Position numbers and translations under genes: made by a program. Positions 61,908-64,000 of a DNA stretch of 64,000 nt are shown here, one piece after another. Source of the stretch: Sedimentisphaerales bacterium (lineage in GTDB: Bacteria > Planctomycetota > Phycisphaerae > Sedimentisphaerales > SM23-30); contig CAXXFK010000007.1 of the NCBI GenBank assembly GCA_963663965.2, positions 64,001-128,000 of the forward strand, given 5' to 3'. Numbering within the stretch: the stretch's first letter is position 1; each line of letters begins with the position of its first letter. The notes beneath the pieces are model-generated. The model had not been told where the DNA came from, did not search any database, and was given only the letters and a program-made list of their open reading frames with translations.

Positions 61908-62262
61908 AAACCCCGCCCCGTTGTTTTATAAATTACACAGTGTTTATTATATTGTTGACACGGACCTGAATGGGTTTAAGTGATTTATTATTATGGCTTT
62001 ATGTTCGAAATCTCTTGCAGTCGAAACGAACCCAAATCCATTGGCCCCGTATCCAATCTGAATCGGAGTATCATTATTCAGAGGACCAACCAAACAAAAC
62101 GAAGCAAACTTTTGTCTTAACCTCGATAAACACTTATATATAGATAAGTTAGAAGTACTACGTGGAAGCACAAAGATTGAATTGATTGTTATACACGGAT
62201 GAAATAAGATTAAACATGAACGCTATTAGTTATTTCACAAATAAAACGGCAGGAGATGGCTT

Positions 62263-63549
62263 GTGAACAATATCACAATACAGAGTGAGCAGTTGTTATT
62301 AACGGCAGCAGAGTTGATCCCTGGAGGAGTTAACTCGCCCGTCAGGGCTTTTGGCGGCGTCGGCGGAACTCCCCGATTCATGTATAAGGCTTTCGGTTCG
62401 CGTATCTGGGATGTCGATGGCCAGGAATATATTGACTTTATTGGCTCCTGGGGACCGGCGATTCTCGGCCATGCCGATCCCGACGTAGTTCAGGCACTAG
62501 CCAGGGCTGCCGCTGATGGTCTGAGTTTTGGGGCTGCCAGTCCAGGGGAAATCAAATTAGCACAAAAAATAATCAAGCTGATGCCTGGTATCGAAATGGT
62601 CAGGCTGGTAAACTCCGGCACTGAAGCAACCATGACGGCTGTCAGGATCGCCCGGGCATGGACCCGGCGAAACAAAATCATCAAATTTGCGGGTTGTTAT
62701 CATGGCCACGCTGACAGCTTTCTGGTGCAGGCGGGCTCCGGCGCAATGACTCTTGGAATTCCCACCAGCCCGGGCGTGACTCCGGCGGCGGCCAGCGACA
62801 CTTTAATTGCCCAATTTAATAGTATCGACTCGGTAAAAGAATTAATGGCGGCCAATCCGGATCAAATTGCCGCAGTGATCATTGAGCCGGTCGTAGGTAA
62901 CTCCGGCGTCATTCTCCCCCAAAATGATTTTCTTCAGGAATTACGCGATCTAACCACACAGCATGATGTTCTGTTAATTTTTGACGAAGTTATGACTGGT
63001 TTTCGGCTGTCATCCGGCGGCGCTCAGGAAGTTTACGGAATTGATCCTGATCTGACTACGCTGGGGAAAATTATTGGCGGTGGAATGCCGGTAGGGGCTG
63101 TCGGAGGCAAAAAACCGTTAATGAAATTGTTGGCTCCTTCCGGACCGGTTTATCAGGCAGGCACCCTCTCTGGCAACCCGCTTTCTATTGCCTCGGGTCT
63201 GGCCACTTTGAATAAATTGAATGATTCACTTTACGATTACCTTGAAAAACTGGCAGCAAAACTGGAAGCAGGAATTCAATCTAATTTAACGGCATTGTCT
63301 TTGGAATTTAACTATCAACGCATCGGCAGTATGGGCTGTCTATTCTTCACAGATCGTCCTGTTCTCAACCAGATTGACGCTTCCACGTGTGATACCAAAC
63401 GGTTTGCCCGCTATTTCCATGCAATGCTCGATTCAGGCATTTGTCTGCCTCCTTCTCAATTCGAAGCGTTCTTTATTTCTGCCGCTCATAGCGAAGAAGA
63501 TATCGTCCGGTTTGTCGAGGCCAATTACCTGTCCTTAAAGAAGTTATAA
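62263..63549 (+). CDS. hemL: Glutamate-1-semialdehyde 2,1-aminomutase
   Basis: PGGVNSPVRAF, NSGTEAT, GCYHGH, FDEVMTGFR, LGKIIGGG, QAGTLSGNP; AGGAG RBS with GTG start. Confidence 0.97.
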   Translation: MNNITIQSEQLLLTAAELIPGGVNSPVRAFGGVGGTPRFMYKAFGSRIWDVDGQEYIDFIGSWGPAILGHADPDVVQALARAAADGLSFGAASPGEIKLAQKIIKLMPGIEMVRLVNSGTEATMTAVRIARAWTRRNKIIKFAGCYHGHADSFLVQAGSGAMTLGIPTSPGVTPAAASDTLIAQFNSIDSVKELMAANPDQIAAVIIEPVVGNSGVILPQNDFLQELRDLTTQHDVLLIFDEVMTGFRLSSGGAQEVYGIDPDLTTLGKIIGGGMPVGAVGGKKPLMKLLAPSGPVYQAGTLSGNPLSIASGLATLNKLNDSLYDYLEKLAAKLEAGIQSNLTALSLEFNYQRIGSMGCLFFTDRPVLNQIDASTCDTKRFARYFHAMLDSGICLPPSQFEAFFISAAHSEEDIVRFVEANYLSLKKL

Positions 63550-63977
63550 TAATATTTTTAAAAATATTCTCTCTGGCGGTTCATTCAATACGCTTTATTA
63601 GTAGTGATATCAGCCTTTTTTAAATGATGGGTCCAATAAACCATCAGTGGGGTCGGGCTGGCGCTGATTTTTTTTAAACTTTTCTCAAATATGCGGTCGA
63701 TATTTCACGCTAGATTGCAGAGAGTAACTCACTATCCGTTTTTCTGAGTGTGTGACAACATATACGTGAAAGTTAAGAAAAGTAATTTTGATGATTATTC
63801 ACATACAAATGAAACACCAAATGGTTGTAAATAGGGCGTAATGTCAGATCGCCAAAAAGCGGGTTAAGAGAACCTAATCGTTAAAAAAAAACTGAATATC
63901 GATTCAGGGATTCGTTTTGGTTTCCTCCGATTTGGTTTCGGAGGAACAGGCACATGTGTTCTTTAGGAGCAAAAACC

Positions 63978-64000
63978 ATGAAGAAGAAATTGATTGTGTT
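63978..64000 (+). CDS. Start of a probable secreted protein (MKKKLIV...), truncated by the window edge
   Basis: AGGAG RBS, ATG, basic-then-hydrophobic N-terminus. Confidence 0.6.

Noticed and set aside
62155..62170. Fourth parS (GTACTACGTGGAAGCA)
   Set aside because: Too many mismatches; not palindromic.
61947..62171. 74-aa minus-strand ORF upstream of hemL
   Set aside because: AT-rich, no RBS or motif; probably non-coding.
1..64000. CRISPR array, tRNA/rRNA, IS elements, prophage or defence genes
   Set aside because: No repeat-spacer periodicity, RNA-gene signatures, or transposase, integrase or phage motifs seen by eye.

Overview
A 64-kb bacterial chromosomal segment, most likely from an anaerobic Planctomycetota (Phycisphaerae/Sedimentisphaerales-like). 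That assignment is inferred from the ECF-FecR-LamG module, the VPAPGA-type PEP-CTERM protein, the prepilin/H-X9-DG-type protein and the dockerin-like motifs. Housekeeping and metabolic genes include hisA, dtd, nifU-nifS, feoAB, metE, groES-groEL, aspS, glgP and hemL. The window also holds a T2SS/T4P-like assembly operon with a frameshifted secretin, a TetR-TolC-MFP-RND efflux operon, a sulfatase, an alginate-lyase-family protein and a TonB-dependent receptor. The most striking structure is central (32-36 kb): three parS palindromes precede a parB with no adjacent parA, about 3 kb from a dif-like 28-mer, and hand-sampled GC skew appears to switch from G-rich to C-rich there (terminus polarity). 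This raises the untested possibility of a terminus-associated ParB/parS system. Features missed by the ORF track include a 29-aa membrane microprotein, a CTG-initiated gene, a sigma54 promoter architecture upstream of groESL, a likely leaderless thiF/moeB gene, two single-base frameshifts and a recurring 25-bp intergenic motif. No CRISPR array, rRNA, tRNA or transposase was seen.
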